Shown piece by piece: positions 62,035-64,000 of a stretch of 64,000 nucleotides of DNA (its first letter is position 1; every line of letters starts with the position of its first letter). Position numbers and translations under genes: made by a program. Source of the stretch: Basidiobolus meristosporus CBS 931.73 (lineage: Eukaryota; Fungi; Basidiobolomycota); the NCBI GenBank assembly GCA_002104905.1, contig MCFE01000489.1:1-64000 (forward strand), in the 5' to 3' direction. Under the pieces are notes generated by a model that saw only the letters and a list, made by a program, of their open reading frames with translations, was not told the DNA's origin and ran no database searches.

Positions 62035-64000
62035 CGTTATGATCTGCTGCTTGAATGTTTAAGTTAGATCAGTTTTTAGTCAAATCAACTAGTATATGCT
62101 TTAGGTTATCAGTATATCAGTATTATCTATAAAATCAGTAGCATTAGTCAGCAAATGAATCAGCAGATCCTTATCAGACAGAAATAGATATATTAAGTAG
62201 GATCTTATTGGGTGATGATGATGCAATCAAATGAGTCATCAGCCACAACCTACATTAGGAAATACAATTAGTCAGCAATTGATCTGGCAAAATGTATATA
62301 AGGAGCTGCTGGAACCTCAATAAAAATCAGTTCAAGTTTTAGTGAATACAATACTAGCTAAACTCCCTATTCCTCTACAATTCTTATACCAAGACTTGTG
62401 ACATTGGTAGCAGCAATAACCAGAAACCTCCCTCCTGAAGAAAGAAGAAACCACCCTCAAGATGTTGGACAATCAAGAATGGAAGAATGCCATGCAGCAA
62501 ATCCTGGCCCAACAGCAACAGCTACTCCAGATCATCAGCCAACAGCAACAAGCAATGACTACCATGGCTCAGAGCCAGCAAAGCCCTGTCAAGAGCAACT
62601 TTAGTGTGAAGGTCAACCGGTACCATGGCAGAGTCAATGAAAACCTGTGAACTTGGCTCTTTCAGATTGAAGAAGCTTTTAAAGCTAAAGGAATTACTCC
62701 AGAGAGCAAGTTGCATTATGCAGCTTCTTACCTGGCAGATGCAGCTTTACAGTGGTACCACAACAAGATCAGGTCAGCTACTATGATGGGATGCTCTACA
62801 ATCTCTACTTGGGATGAGTTTGTGTCAGAAATTCAGGATGCTTTTGAACCTCCACACCAGCAGACACTACTAAGAAGGAAGTTAAAGACACTCAGACAGA
62901 AAGGAACGGTGCAAGAATACATCTATGAGTACAGATGTCTGCTTGGACAAATTGAAAGAATGGACCCCTTGGATCAAGTTGAATACTTTATTGATGGGTT
63001 GAAAGAAAGAACTCGCAAGGAAGTCAATTACCAAAGACCTCAGACTATTGAAGAAGCCATCAAGATTGCCATTGACTATGACTCAGCTATGTTTGGAGTT
63101 GGGAAGCCTACAGTGACTAATCAGAAAGGCTATAATCATTATGAAAGAAGACAATCAGAAGCAGTACCAATGGAATTAGACGCTATGCAGAAGAATCCCT
63201 CCTCAGAAGAATGCAAGAAGAGAGGACTTTGCTTCAATTGCCACCAGCAGGGACATATTGCAAAGTACTGCCCTCAGAGAAGAAATGGACACCAGCCAAC
63301 AAGAATCTTCAACCATATGGAGTCCCATGAACACAGTAATGTGGAAGATGAGCTTGAAGAAGACTTGGAACTCACCTTCCATATGACAGAAGAGTACTTG
63401 TCCCAAATGACTTCAAACTCAGGGAAGTTATTGTACTTGAATGGAGTAATCAATGGAGTACCTGCCAAGATCATGATTGACTCAGGAGCATTGCATAAGT
63501 ACATGTCAGAGCAATTTGCCTTGAAAGCTGGAATCAACTTGGAACCTACCAAATCAACTTCAGTTTCCACAGCTGATGGGAACTCCCACATAATCAACCG
63601 AATTACCCAGCCAGTAAGAATGAAGATCAATGACTATGAAGAAGACCTACAGGCTTATATATTTGGGAACTGCAAGTTTGACCTTGTACTTGGAAAAACC
63701 TGGCTATTTTGTTGTAATCCATCAATCAACTGGAGAACCCATGCTACTCAGATTCAAAAAGACAACAAGACCTATGAGCTATTACCTGCCATGCTGGATT
63801 TCAACTTGGTCAATTCCAGTGTGTGTGAGACAAGTGAACTTAGCAAGACCCAGTTCTGTAGAGCACTTAGAAAAGGTACTAAGATGTTCCTCATGGCGGT
63901 ATTACAGGAGGATTCCTCTACCCCAGCACCCCAGCAAGTCCAGACTCTCTTGAAGAAATATTCAGATGTGTTCCCAGATGAGCTTGTAAGCCTACCACCA
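62035..64000 (+). mobile_element. Ty3/gypsy family G copy 2 (5' LTR 62035-62403, gag, protease; runs off the window)
   Basis: Collinear with 53074-55030. Confidence 0.95.

Overview
Eukaryotic, probably fungal, genomic DNA. The gene set (FIBP, MUN/C2, ERF4, formin, AKAP7-like) and ~50-65 nt GT-AG introns suggest an early-diverging fungus with a TE-inflated genome; the taxon is inferred, not shown. The window has three zones. (1) 1-6.7 kb is CpG-poor TE debris: a tandem LINE, a Ty1/copia family, and a CpG-eroded tRNA-Ile pseudogene. (2) ~6.7-25.3 kb is a CpG-rich island. It starts with a minus-strand Pol III cluster (U6 with an extra 3' cUUCGg hairpin, two tRNA-Thr(CGT), tRNA-Arg(TCG)). Six intron-containing genes follow: MIT-domain protein, AKAP7-like 2H phosphoesterase, compact formin, Munc13-like MUN/C2 protein, ERF4/GOLGA7 and FIBP. 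(3) 25.3-64 kb is a nested TE field with copia, Ty3/gypsy, solo LTRs of several families, and LINE, EnSpm/CACTA, chromovirus and possibly MULE relics. The most notable items are a long-palindrome (foldback) DNA-transposon family with AGACTTGTT termini and 3-bp A/T TSDs, the variant U6, a short AT-rich segment resembling a DNA-virus D5 primase-helicase C-terminus, and strong CpG erosion with sharp island boundaries. All identifications are from motif recognition by eye; no database searches were run.
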